Positions 32,079 through 48,162 of a stretch of 64,000 bases of DNA are shown piece after piece (position 1 is the stretch's first letter; each line of letters starts with the position of its first letter). The notes below the pieces were generated by a model, which searched no databases, was not told the origin of the DNA, and saw only the letters and a program-made list of their open reading frames with translations. Source of the DNA: the human T2T-CHM13v2.0 reference genome, Homo sapiens; assembly GCF_009914755.1 (NCBI RefSeq), contig NC_060929.1. One strand, written 5' to 3'. The translations under genes were made by a program, and so were the position numbers.

Positions 32079-33921
32079 ATTTTTTGGTTGTTGTTAGTTG
32101 CCTTTCTTTTCTTTTCTTTCTTTCTTCCTTTCTTTTTTAACTTGTTTACTGCCCAGGCTTCCCAGATCAGGAGGCTTGCTATAGCTGGATCCTCCTTGTT
32201 GTTTCTGCCCACTATATCTGAGTCTTTGGGTAGGGGAGGAGAGTTTTGGGCCTGCAATCACAAAGTGGCTCCTCAGAATGAACTGCTGTATCTCTCTTGC
32301 GATTTCCACTCACCCACCTGGGTTTCTCTTGGCAGAAAGAGAGAATCTTCAACCAGGCAGAGAAGGAGAGTGTTTTTCCTGGATGCATATTTTTGGTGAG
32401 ACTCCTAATGGGTCTCCCCTTACTGTTGATATTTGGCTTACCTGATGTCATTGTAGGGACTCTCATTCCATTTGGGGCAGGAATAACCCACATGTATTGC
32501 CTACTGTTGCTGAGTTAAAAGACACCAGGCCTGTGTGACCATCTGTTGGGTGGGTACCTAGATGCCCTGTTTTCCAGATCTGCAGTCCAAAACAAGCTCG
32601 CCTCCTAAACACCTTTAAGACTTCTACCTTCATTGTCTCTTATACCACTTTTAGAATGTATAGTTGGACTTAATGGGGAGAAACAGGGCAAAAACAGGTC
32701 TACATTATCTTGTCTGGACTGAAATTTTCTTCCAACTTATTTTGAAAAGATTATTTTATTTTGAAACAATTATACATTGCACATTATAGTTGTAAAAAAA
32801 TGTACAGAGAGGTTCTGTGCACCCTTTACTCAGCCCATTTCATTGTCAACATCTTCTATAACTATAGTACATTATCAGAACCAGGAAGCCCAACTTAGTA
32901 CAAATTATAGAGCTTTTTCACTTATTACCAGTTATATATGCACTCATTTGTGTGTATATAGTGTGTGTATGTACGTGTCTGTTTATAGCTCTATTTTCAT
33001 AGAGCTATATCTTATGTGGAGCTTCATGTAACCACCATGACAATCATGATACTCACTATGTTATGACAAGACTCTCAAGGAAATTATGCTAAGTGAAAAA
33101 AAATCTCAAAGGGATACATATGGCATGATTCTATTTAAATAACATTTATGAAATAACACAGTTGTTGATATGGAGATCAGATTAGTGGTTGTCATGAATG
33201 AGAAATGGGGGAGAAGGGGTGGATGTGTCTATAAAGGGTCCACTCTTGGTGTCGTACAATCTATGACTTTGGACATATTTATAGTGCAATGTATTCATCA
33301 TTATGGTGCCATAGACAGGGGTTTCACTGCCCTAAATATCCTCTGTGCTCCACCTATTCACCCTTTTCTCCCCCCATTGCCTGGTAACTGCTGGTCTTTT
33401 TACTGTCCTCAGTTTTGCCTTCTCTAGAATGACATATATTTAGAATCGTACACTATGTATAATTTTCAGGTTGGCTTTTGTCATTTAATAACATGCATTT
33501 AAATTCCTTCAATGTCATTTTATGGCTTTATAGCTCATTTCTTATTAGTGCTGAATAGTATTCTAAGGTCTGTATGTACCACAGTTTATTTAACAATTCA
33601 TCTACCAAAGGAAATCTTGGTTGCTTCCAAGTTTTGGCAATTATGAATAAAGCTGCTATTAATATAAACACCCATATGCAGGTTTTTGTGTGGACATGTT
33701 GTCAACGCCTTTGAGTAAATACCAAGCAGTGTGATTACTACATCATATAGTAAGAATGTTTAGTGTTGTAAATCACTAAACTTTCTTCCAAAGTGTCAGT
33801 ACAATTTGGATTCCCACCATCAGTGAATGAGTGTTTCCGTTGCTCCCAGCTTCACCAGCATTTTGTGTTGTCAGTGTTCTAAATTTTGGCCATTCTAATA
33901 GGTAGGTAGTGAGATCTCATT

Positions 33922-34647
33922 TTTTTTTCTTTATTTCTTAAAAAAGAAAAAACAGGATACATGTGCAGAATGTGCAGGTTCGTTACATAGGTATACATGT
34001 GGCATGGTGGTTTGCCACACCTATTGACCCATCCTCTAAGTTCACTCCCCTCACCCCCCACCCCTCACCAGGTCCTGGTTTGTGTTGTTTTCCTCTCTGT
34101 GTCCATGTGTTCTCAATGTTCAACTCTCACTTATGAGTGAGAACATGTGGTGTTTGGTTTTCTGCTCCTGTGTTAGTTTGCTGAGGATGATGGCTTCCAG
34201 CTTCATCCATGTCCTTGCAAAGGACATGATCTCATCCCTTTTTATGGCTGCATAGTATTCCATGGTGTGTATGTGCCACATTTTCTTTATCCAGTCTATG
34301 ATTGATTACCATTTGGGTTGGTCCCATGACTTTGCTATTGTAAATAGTGCTGCAATAAGCATATGTGTGCATGTGTCTTTACACTAGAATGATTTATAAT
34401 CCTTTGGGTATATACCCAGTAATGGGATTGCTGGGTCAAATGGTATTTCTTGTTCTAAATCCTTGAAGAATCACCATACTGTCTTCCACAATGGTCGAAC
34501 TAATTTACATTCCCATCAACAGTGTAAAAGAGTTCCTAATTATCTACAGCCTCGCGGGCATCTATTGTTTCCTGACATTTCAATATTTGCCATTCTGACT
34601 GGTGCAAGATGGGATTTCATTGTGGTTTTGATTTGCATTTCTCTGAT
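33922..34647 (-). mobile_element. 5'-truncated older L1PA 3' fragment (roughly L1PA10-12)
   Basis: L1PA 3'UTR and ORF2 end; TSD GATCTCATT at 33913-33921 and 34648-34656. Confidence 0.85.
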
Positions 34648-35500
34648 GATCTCATTGTTGTTTTAATTTGTATTTCCCCAATGAGACAACATGTGGAGCA
34701 CCTTTTCATATGCTTACTTGCCATTTGTATATCTTCTTTGGTAAGGTGTCTGTGAAAGTCTTTGAACTTTTTTTTTTTCTTTTCTTTTTTTTACTGTTGA
34801 GTTTTAGGAATTCTTTGTATATTTTGGATAACACTCCTTATCAGGTATGTCTTTTGAAAATATATTCTCCCAATCTGTTGGTTATTTTTTCAACCTCTTG
34901 ATTGCTCATTTTCTAATGGGATATTTTCGTTGTGTTAAAAAACACGTAACATTAAATTTGCATCTTACTCATTTTAAAATATATAGTTCAGTAGTGTTAA
35001 GTACATTGACACTATTGTGTAACAGATTCTAAAACACTTATCTTGCAATGCTGAAACTCTATACACAGTGAACACTAATTCTGCCTCCTGCTTCCACTAG
35101 ACCTTGATAGCCATCTTTCTGCTTTCTGTGCCTATGATTTTAACTACTTTAGCTACTTTATACAAGTGGAATCATACAGTATTTGTCCCTTTGTAACTGG
35201 CTTACTTTGCCTAAGATAATGTCTTCAAGGTTAACTAATGTTGTGGTGCATGACAGAATGTCTTTCTTTTTAAGGCTACATAATATGCCATTGCATGTAA
35301 ATACCACATTTTCTTTATCCATTCAACTGTCAGTGAATATTTGGGTTGCTTTCACCTCTTGGCTGTTATGAGTAATCAACCATATGATGAACATGAATGT
35401 GTAAATATATCTTCAAAGTTCTTTGAATTCTTTTGGATGTATATGCAAAAGTGGAATTGCTGTATCATATGATAATTCTATTTTTATTTTTTTGAGAAAC

Positions 35501-35884
35501 TGCTAAGATATTAATGTGTCCCCTCCAAAATTCAGGCATTGAAAAATTAATGGCCAATGTAATGGTATTAAGAGATGATTAGGTTATGAACATTTCTCTC
35601 CTCATGAATGGAATTAAGACCACTATAAAAAAGACAACCTCTGCAGCATTGGCTTCCTTGCCCTTTTGCCTTCTGCCACATGAGGACACAGCATGTCTCC
35701 TGAAAGAATGCATTAGCGGGCGCTATCTTAGAAGCAGAGAGCAACACTCACCAGACAATTGAGCCTGCTGGTGCCACAATCTTGGACTTCCTGGCCTCCA
35801 GAAGTGTGAGAAAAAAAATTCTCTACTTTATACATAACCCCTTCTGTGATGTTTTGTTACAGTAGCACAAAATAGACTAAGCCA
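35501..35884 (+). mobile_element. MST-type MaLR solo LTR
   Basis: TGCTA...aatgtgtcccctccaaaattca...gactaagcca; TSD GAAAC. Confidence 0.8.
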
Positions 35885-36085
35885 GAAACCTCTATACTGT
35901 TTTCCATAAAGGCTGAACCATTTTGTATTCTTACCAACTGCACGCAAGGATTTCAACTTGTTTGCATTCTTGCAACCACTGGTTATTTTTTGTTTTTCTG
36001 ATAGTGGTCATCCTGATGGGTATGACGTAAAATGTCATTGTGGTTTTGATTTGCACTTCTCTAATGATTAGCGATGTTGAGCATC

Positions 36086-36444
36086 TGCTACAATCTGAAT
36101 GTTTGTCTCCCCTCAAAATTAATATGTTGAAATTCTAACCCCTAACATGATAGTGTGAAGAGGTATGGCCTATAGGAGGTGATCAAATTGAGAGCAGACA
36201 CAGGAATGGAATTAGTGCCCTTATAAAAGAGGCCCAAGGTAGCTTGTTTTCCTCTTCTGCCACATGAGGTTACAGTGAGAAAATGCTCATCTATAGAGGA
36301 AGCAGGTTCTCATCAGATACCAAATCCGCTAACATTTTGATCTTAGACTTCTGAGACATCAGAACTGTGAGAAATAATTTTCTGTTGTTTATAAGCAACC
36401 CAGTGTATGGTGTTTTGTTGCAGTAGCCTGAATGAACTAAGACA
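36086..36444 (+). mobile_element. MSTD/MLT1A-type MaLR solo LTR
   Basis: TGCTACAATCTGAATGTTTGT...AACTAAGACA termini. Confidence 0.8.
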
Positions 36445-38442
36445 GTGCTGTTAGGAATTTTTAATGTTGAGTTTTGAGAGTTCTTTATGTATTCTACATA
36501 AAAGAACTATGCTGGGTATGTAATTTCCAAATGTTTTCTCCCAGTCTAAAATTTGTCTTTGTATTTTCTTAACAAGATCTTTAACAGAGCAAATGGTTTT
36601 AACTTCAATGCTGTTCAATTTTTCTTTTTTGAATTGTATTTTTGGTGACAAGTGTGAGAACACTTTACCTAGACTTAGATCTAGAAGCTTCTCTCCTATG
36701 CTTTTTTCCAGAAGACTCTCACCTATGCTTTTTTCTAGAACTTCTATAGTATTGTGTTTCACATTTAAGTTTAGTATCTATTTCAAGTTAACTTTAATAA
36801 AAAGTTGTGATATTTAGGTAAAAGTTCTTTTTGTTTTGTTTTTTGGAATGGATGTTCAATTGCTCCTGCACCATTTATTGAAATCCTCTATTGAATTGGT
36901 TTTGCCACTTTTGCTACTTTGCTATTTTTAATGCCATTCTTCAGCTGCCACTGCAGGATATGCAGCCATTTGATGGTCCAGCTAAGGACCAAACATCCTT
37001 GCCCACTGATCTGTCTGTAAATGGATTTGTCTGTAAATGGATGATATGTCTGTAAATGGATTTTTATTGTTTGAACCGAAGGTAGTGTTGGGTAAAGGCA
37101 AGGAGAGAGCGGGGGAAAAGCAGTCAGAAACTCCTTTCTTATTATAGTTGGCAAAGAAACTGCCATTTCCCTAGGCAGGGCTTGACTGACTGAGACCAAT
37201 TAGCTTTCAGCTCATTTAACAGTTTTTTCCCTTGATCTTTTTCTCTTTTGCTTATAAATAATGGGATGCTCAAAAGGACTTAGCCTTGGTCACTCACTGG
37301 ATTTCTTTCTGTATTCAATTAACAGACATTACTGTCAGATTCATGGTATTAGGTTAAGGTGTCTATTATGTTTGTCTCTTTATGACTATTTTTATTCATT
37401 ATTTTATTTCATATGCTTATTGATGGCAGAGCAAGTGGCCTATGTTTTATTTTCTCTTTGACTTTGATGGTGTGTGTGTGTGTGAGAGGGGGAGTCGTTT
37501 TAGTCTTTCTTTTTTGTATTGTTTAATGATACAGGATAACATAGTAAGATTATGAGCTGGCTGGTGAGCAGAATCTTGACTTTGTAACCTGCAACCACGT
37601 CTATATCTAAAATAGCTTAAATCAAAAGCATGGGAACATTTTAGAGTATTTGCAAAATAATATTCTTTTGACCATCTTTAGAAAAAAAGAGCACTTGGGT
37701 TGAGTCAGTAGAGGATAGGGACAAACATACACATGTTAGAGACTTAGTTTAAGGTATTTTAAGAGCTGGCATTCAATGTACATGGTATGTTAAATAATAT
37801 ATTTCCAAATGATGCTTATTCCATAAGCAAAAATTTGGCTCTCATTAGGGTGATGAGTTGTTCATACATATTTTTTTTTTGGCTGGAGATAGGAAAGATT
37901 ATTATTTTCCTTTTGCTTATTCATAGGCCTAACTCTGTCCTAAGAGCTGGAAGAGTCAATGGCTAAGGGTTGCCCAAGTGGACAGAGTGACCACTGGACT
38001 AATCATAGGTGTTTTGACCAATCAGGGCTAGTGCCATGGTCTGGTAGCTAAGCTGGACTTTCTCATTAGTTGCTCTCTTTCTTTCCCATCTTCTAGTACA
38101 TAAAGAAATCTTTTCAACCCACAAATGACAGAATTAATCAATCACTCTCCTAGGCTTCCATATACCAACTTCATACTATCATTACAGTGCTTATTATACA
38201 GGGTAATTCTATTATGATTATTTTGTATTTTTTTAGTCCATTACTGGACTTTAGATTCCTTCAGAAGGAAATCTGTGTCGTATTTAACTTTCTACCCATA
38301 ACACTTGGCACAAAGTTTACTCAGTAGACGCTTTTGGAATAAATGCATAATATTTTCTCTATTGATAGCCCTGACAATTCAGTTCATTGGGAATATTGAC
38401 TTCCTTAAATCCTTACAAGAGTTATTGCCCAACTATGCATTT

Positions 38443-38768
<326 letters not shown>

Positions 38769-41700
38769 TGAATTTTAAGTTATTCTTTGACACTACTTTG
38801 TATTCCTGTGTGTTATTGTTATGGTCACCTGCAGACGTAGATGGAGGACTACTGCTAAGTTTTATGTTAGCACCTCCTATGTTGATGGGACACTCACTCT
38901 GAGCCAGTCACCTTTGCTTGCTCTCTCAAGATACTTTGAACCTGATGGAGAGGCCTGCCTGCTCTTACAATTGTGAAAGTAACAGGCTTTTTCATATCTC
39001 TCTGTATGTGGTATGATAAAGCCTTGACGTCAACGTCATGTTTTTGGGTAGGCGTTTATTTGCATTTACAAGTGACCATACATTATTCTTCCATTATTAC
39101 CTTATCAGTTCATTGACAGATAAGAATAGCTAACTTTGAGCATCTACCATGCACTTGTTTCTTGTAATATGACATTGAAAAGTTTTAAAGTATGAATGTA
39201 GCAGTTATTTCTTACCTGCCCTTAGCTCACTGAATTTTACTTGTACACTGAGGCATTTTCTGGCCCTCATAGTGCACAGTCAGATGTAAGTATCCCACTA
39301 GCAAGTCAGAAGTTAAGCTGTAAATACACGACTATCAAACAAACAAGCAAAACTCACTAGGCTAAGCAAGTGACAGAAAGACAAATTTAGGAGGTGAAGA
39401 TGAAGAGGAAGAAGAATCATGTGGGAGGAGAAGATGAAATTTTGAAACTTTATCTCTGTGGAGCAAGGACTGTACCTGTCAGGAGAGACACCAAGAAAAA
39501 TAAGACAGGTGCTGTCGTCAAGGATGTTCAACGTTTATTAAACTGGACTGTGCTTTAGGGGAAATTAAGTTTCCCTTATTGTGGTTTGGAGGACTTGCAG
39601 AGCCTCAGCAACTGAGCAATTATCCCCTTCAGCACCTTCAAGAACAAGAGATGAACTAGGGTAAGGAAGGAAGGGCAGAGTTTTTATAGCCATAGTAGGG
39701 CATCAGCTCTTCTTCAGAGGTGCCTGATACTCACAACTCGAAGTCACTTTTAAATGCACTGAACAAAGGAAGGGTAAAGTAGCTGGTGGTTCTCTTTAAT
39801 CTCATTACCTATAGGAAACTTTCCCTAGGGTAAAAGATTAATGCTGGAGGATTCATTAAAAAATTTCTGATGCTTTATATTGCCCATGGTGGATAGAAAA
39901 AAAAAGATATCAATTAACTTCTAGTCCTCAGGGTTCAATCATGAAACTTTAATAAATTTACAAATCAGGGCCTGAGCAAGTTTGGACCTTGGCTAAGATA
40001 TGTCCTATTTTCTATACACTTTCTACCATTTTCAAAAAGGGGGTGGCTGCTTTGGATAATCAATTCAATAATAACCACAAGCCTCTATATCAGTAAAGCA
40101 CAGTTTTTTGTTTGTTTTTGTTTTGTTTTGTTTTATTGTCTTAGTTTTAAGAAATATCCTCCATTCAATTCTTAGGCTTCCAAAGTCTGTATATAAGAAG
40201 CTTTTCCTTTATTAAAAATAGAAGTCACATTGGCCCCTGATACCATTAAAGGATGTGGAAGCTATAAAATAATCTACCCACAAATCTTTTAAGCCCAAAC
40301 ATTAATCCCTTTTGATAACAACTAAATAAAACAGAGTCTTTAAAATATTAAAGCATATTTTGCACATGCACAATTAACTGATTAAGCTACCAAATGTACA
40401 ATTATTGAATTATGAGGAAAGGGGGAAATTAAAATTAGATATGGTTTTTTTCTAGAAAGGGTAATTAAATTGTTACATCAAAGAAACATGATAACATTTA
40501 AATCAAAGAATCAGAAAAGATAGGACATGTTTCACCACAAATATAGAAATAGAGAAGGGAAAGAAATGAGTTGACCTGACTGATATTGGTGAAAAAAGAA
40601 AGGACAGAAAGGAGGAAAGAAAATAGGAAAGAGGATGGGAGAAACTTATTTGAATATACAAAGGAATAAAATTAGAACACTCAATAAATATGTCTTATTG
40701 AGTAAGTAAATAATTTTATGGATAATAGTATATTAGACAATAAAACCACTTCCTGGATGAAATCCTGGAGAGGATGCTATGGAACATAGTCGTTTTAGGT
40801 CAAATTTTGAAAGATAATGATCTTGTATGCCTGCTTTTTGTTTCCATTTGAGTTATAAGCATAGTAAGAAAATATTCTGGAAAAGCAATTGTCTTCTAGA
40901 GGAAGGCCTCATGATGGCTTCAAACTTAGCTGATTGGGAAATGATAAATAATGTAGGTGCAGATTGTCTTCCAAAAATCTTCAGCTTACCTTTGTCTCTC
41001 CTCTTCATGTATTCATTTAAGCAACATGTACTGAATGCCTACCATATGTCAAGCACAGTGCCTGGCTCTGGTAATAGACACAAAGGCCAAGAAAATAAAC
41101 ATTTTATCTGCCCTAAAAGGGTCCCATCTTTCTTTTCATGTAAATGACTTATTTCCCTCCTCTTCTGACTTCGAATGGGACTCAGGCCGTAGGTTTTTAA
41201 AACTTTTTGAATACTACAGAAAAATGTAAAAGAAGCATTTTATGTTGTACTTGCCTTAAGGATTTTTTCAAAACTCTTTTAAAAGACTCAGTCATGATTT
41301 TAAAGTTCTGGGCCTTTCAGCAACTGGGATGAATTCCCTGGATAGTCCTTATATTCATTTATAACCTTGGAAGGTTTAGTTCTGGGACTCCAAGTGTTTT
41401 GTTTGTTTATTTTGCATTTTCTGTCTAGCAAAGAAGCCATTCTTTTTAAGTTTTGGCACACCTGACTTGTCATGGGTTAGCTAAAAGGCCATGTATCTCC
41501 AGATATGTTCCATATGTTTCACATGTTTGGGCTCCATTCTGAAAGATCTTACCGGGAACACTACTTCAGAAATAGGCCAAATGTTCTGAGTCTCTTGACT
41601 TGTGTGGATAGACAGAGGCAGTGGTACCCAGAGACAGAGTCCTCCAGGATGATAGAGGTCAGGAAAGAAAAAATTTTCCCCAATCTTGAATATTAGCTGA

Positions 41701-41875
41701 AAAAGTGATCAATCTATTTTTCAGATTTAGAATCCAGGGTAGAATAAAATTATCTCTGATTGCTTCTTGGAATCAGAGGAAATTTGCTCACAAAGGTCCT
41801 AGGGCAATTAGGAAGGGACATTATTTGGCCCTAGATTACTAATAAAACTCTACACCCCAAATTTGGGTTGGTCAT

Positions 41876-44149
41876 GGTATTAGTCTGTTTTCATGCTGCT
41901 AATGAAGACATACCCAAGACTTGGTAATTTATAAAGGAAAGAGGTTGAATGAACTCACAATTCCACATGGCTTGGGAGGCATCACATCAAGGCAGAAGGT
42001 AAAGGAAGATCATGTTGGCAGGCAAGAGTGCTCGTGCAGGGGAACACCCATTTCTAAAATCATCAGATCTCATGAAACTTATTCACTATCATGAGAACAG
42101 TATGGGTGAAACTGCCCCCATGATTAAATTATCTCCACCTGCCTTTGACACATGGGGAATATTAAAATTCAAGGTGAGATTTGTGTGGGAGCACAGCCAA
42201 GCCATATCATTCCACTCCTGGCTCCTCCCAAATCTCATGTTCTCACGTTTCAAAACCAGTCATGCCTCCCCAACAGCCCATCAAAGTCTTAACTCATTTC
42301 AGCATTAACTCAAAAGTCCACAGTCCAAAGTCTTATCTTAGACAAGTCAAGTCCATTCCACCTATAAGCCTGTAAAATCAAAAGCAAGTTAGTTACTTTC
42401 TGGACACAATGTGGCTACAGGCAATGGATAAATGAACCCATTCCAAATGGGAGAAATTGACCGAAACAAAGGGGCTATAAGGCCCCATGCAAGTCTACAA
42501 TCCAATAGGGCAGTCATTAAAGCTTAAAGTTCCAAAATGACCTCCTTTGACTCCATGTCTCATATCCAGGTCACACTGATACAAGAGGTGGGCTCCCACA
42601 ACCTTGGGCAGCTCTGCCTCTGTGGATTTGCAGGGTATAGGCCCCCTCCTGGCTGCTTTCATGGGCTTGCATTGAGTGTCTGCAGCTTTTCCAGGCACAT
42701 GGTGAAAGCTGTCAGTGGATCTACCATTCTGGGGTCTGAAGGATGGTGGCCCTCTTCTCATAGCTCCACTAGGCAGTGCCCTACCTTTCCCTTTCACCCC
42801 ACATTTCCCTTTCACATTGCCCTAGCAGAGGTTCTCCATGAGGGGCCCACCCCTCCAGCAAGCTTCTACCTGGACATCCAGGCATTTCCATACATTTTCT
42901 GAAATCTAAGTGGAGGTTCCCAAACCTCAACTCTTGACTTCTCTGCACCCACAGGACCAATATCATGTGTAAGCCACCAAGACTTGGGGCTTGCACCCTC
43001 TGAATAAATGGCTTGAGCTGTACATTGGCTCATTGTAGCCACAGCTGGAGCTAAAACAGTTGGGATGCAGGGCACCATGTTTGGAGGCTGCATAGAGTAG
43101 GGGGGCTTAAGCCTGGCCGGAGAAACCATTCTTCCCTCCTAGGCCTCCAGCCCTGTGATAGGAAGGGCTGCCATGAAGGTCTCTGACATGCCCTGGAGAC
43201 ATTTTGCCCATTGTCTTGGCAATTAACATTTGGCTCGTTGTTACTTATGCAAATTTCCGCAGCCAGCTTGAATTTCTCAAAAAAATGAGTTTTTCTTTTC
43301 TATCACATTGTCAGGCTGCAAATTTTTTGAACTTTTATGCTCTGCTTCCCTTTTATACATAAGTTTCAATTCCAAACCATATCTTTGTGAATACATAAAG
43401 CTGAATGCTTTCAACAACACCCAAGTCACCTCTTGAATGCTTTGCTGCTTAAAAATTTCTTGTGCCAGATGCCCTAAATCATTTCTCTCAAGTTCAGAGT
43501 TCCACAAATTTCTGGGGCATGGACAAAATGCCACCAGTCTCTTTGCTAAACCATGGCAAGATTGACCTTTATTCCAGTTCCCAACAAGTTCCTTATCTCC
43601 ATCTGAGAGGAGCAGCATTTGGTCAAAGCCATTCAACAAATCTCTAGCAAGTTCCAAACTTTCCCACATGCTCCTGTCCTCTTCCGAGCCCTCCAGACTG
43701 TTCTGACCTCTGCCTATTACCCAATTTTAAAGTCACTTCCACATTTTTGGGTATCTTTACCACAGTGCCCCACAACCTGTTACCAATTTACTGTTTTAGT
43801 CTGTTCTCATGCTGCTAATAAAGACATACCCAAGACTGGGTGATTTCTAAAGAAAAGAGGTTTAATGGACTCACTGTCCCACATGGCTGGGGAGGCCTCA
43901 CAATCTTGGTGGAAGATGAGGGAAGAGCAAAGAGATGTCCTACATGGTGGCAGGCAAAAGAGCTGGTGCAGGGGAACACCCACTTATAAAAACCATCAGA
44001 TCTCATGAGACTTATTCACTACCATGAGAACAGTATGAAGGAAACTGCCCCTATGATTCAATTGTCTCCACCTGTCTTTGCCTTTGACACATGGGAATTA
44101 CTATGATTCAAGGTGAGATTTGGGTGGGGGATACAGCAAAAACATATCA
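41876..44149 (-). mobile_element. Full-length THE1 (THE1C-like) MaLR element: LTR-internal-LTR
   Basis: LTRs at 41876-42209 and 43792-44149 around a ~1.58-kb THE1 internal region; TSD GTCA(T/C). Confidence 0.92.
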
Positions 44150-45169
44150 GTCACCTTATCTAATATTGGGGGATCTCAAATGTCAGGGTTCTTAGGTCCT
44201 TTCTTGAGCAAAATTTAAAAATTCTGCAGAATTACATTGTATCATTTAATCTATCTGAAATTGTTATTCCTCTTTAGGTTGCATATTTAGTATCAAGAAC
44301 TAAATCAGACCATGAGAAGGATTACCTATTTAGGGAGGGTCCTTTGATGATGGCTGCTGGGCTTAGCATTGTAAAGGGAATATTCCTTTATCGATCCCAC
44401 TCACAAATTAGTTCATAATATTTGAACACATTTTGGAAATATGTTTTCCATGTCTTCCTCCTCACTCTCAACAGTAGAAGTCTCTATTCAACTGTCTGGT
44501 TTGATTTCTTTTCCATAGTGACCCAAGTTATGGCTCTTAGGTGATGGTGTGGAAAAGCCACATCAATTTTGCATGATTGTTATTGCTGCTATGAATTTTT
44601 ATGGTGTGATATCTACACATGCTTGGGAATTTTAAATATTTTATTTTTCATGCAGTTTGCATGTCTTTCTAAGTCAAAATTTATCAGTAAACACACTGTC
44701 AGTGGACCACCTAAATTTTCCTGTGCCAGCCAGCCCAAGGGAGACTGGATTATCAGCATGAGAACTGAAGCATGAAAAATTCCTTTTAAAGTCTTCTGTT
44801 TTGATTGGCTAATTAGAGAAAATGAACACTTATAAAAGAAGAAAATAAGTAAAATAAAGTTTTTATGGTAGACAGTCTCATTTCAATGACTATTAGTGGA
44901 TCCTTTTTAAACACTAAGAATTTAATATTGTAATAAAGAAACAATTTATTGAATGTTTTCTCTTTGCCACACATTTCATTAGCATTCCACTGTGTCATGA
45001 TATCTCTTTACCAGATTATCTAACTCCTTTAAATATGACAATAATAATCAACAGCAGCCAGGATAACAATAGCTAACATTTATTGAGTAATTACACGTGC
45101 TAGGTACTGCTCTAAAGACTTTATTAATTACCTGATCTTCACAACAAACTAATGAGATAGTATAGCAGT

Positions 45170-47757
<2,588 letters not shown>

Positions 47758-48115
47758 TCAAAGTCATTCAGCTCACTAGCTGGAATTTCAACAAAAATGG
47801 ATGGATTCCAGTCACTCATAACTGCTATAGAAATTGCTTCACACATCAGTCTTCATAGATCAGTTGTTTGGCATTTTAATCTACAAAGCACTTTCTTGCT
47901 AAAGAGTCCTTGTTTTGTTTATCACTAAAGGTATTTCTGAGATAGAAATTGCAATCCTTCCATCTTATGGAGTAGAAAGCTGAAGCTCAGAGAGTTTAAG
48001 CTGTGATCCTAAGCCTCACACTCGGTAGGTGGTAGAGCCATCTAGAATATGAGTGTTCTGGACTCTCAGTACCATGCTCAGGCCACCAGATCATCAGGAT
48101 ATCAGGGTTTGCTTG

Positions 48116-48162
48116 CCTTCTTCCCTTCCTTCCTTCCTTCTTTCCTTCCTTCTTCCCTCCCT
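48116..48162. repeat. (CCTT)n simple repeat
   Basis: Imperfect tetranucleotide run. Confidence 0.85.

Noticed and set aside
42495-43669. ORFs of 100-130 aa as novel genes
   Set aside because: They are fragments of the THE1 internal region
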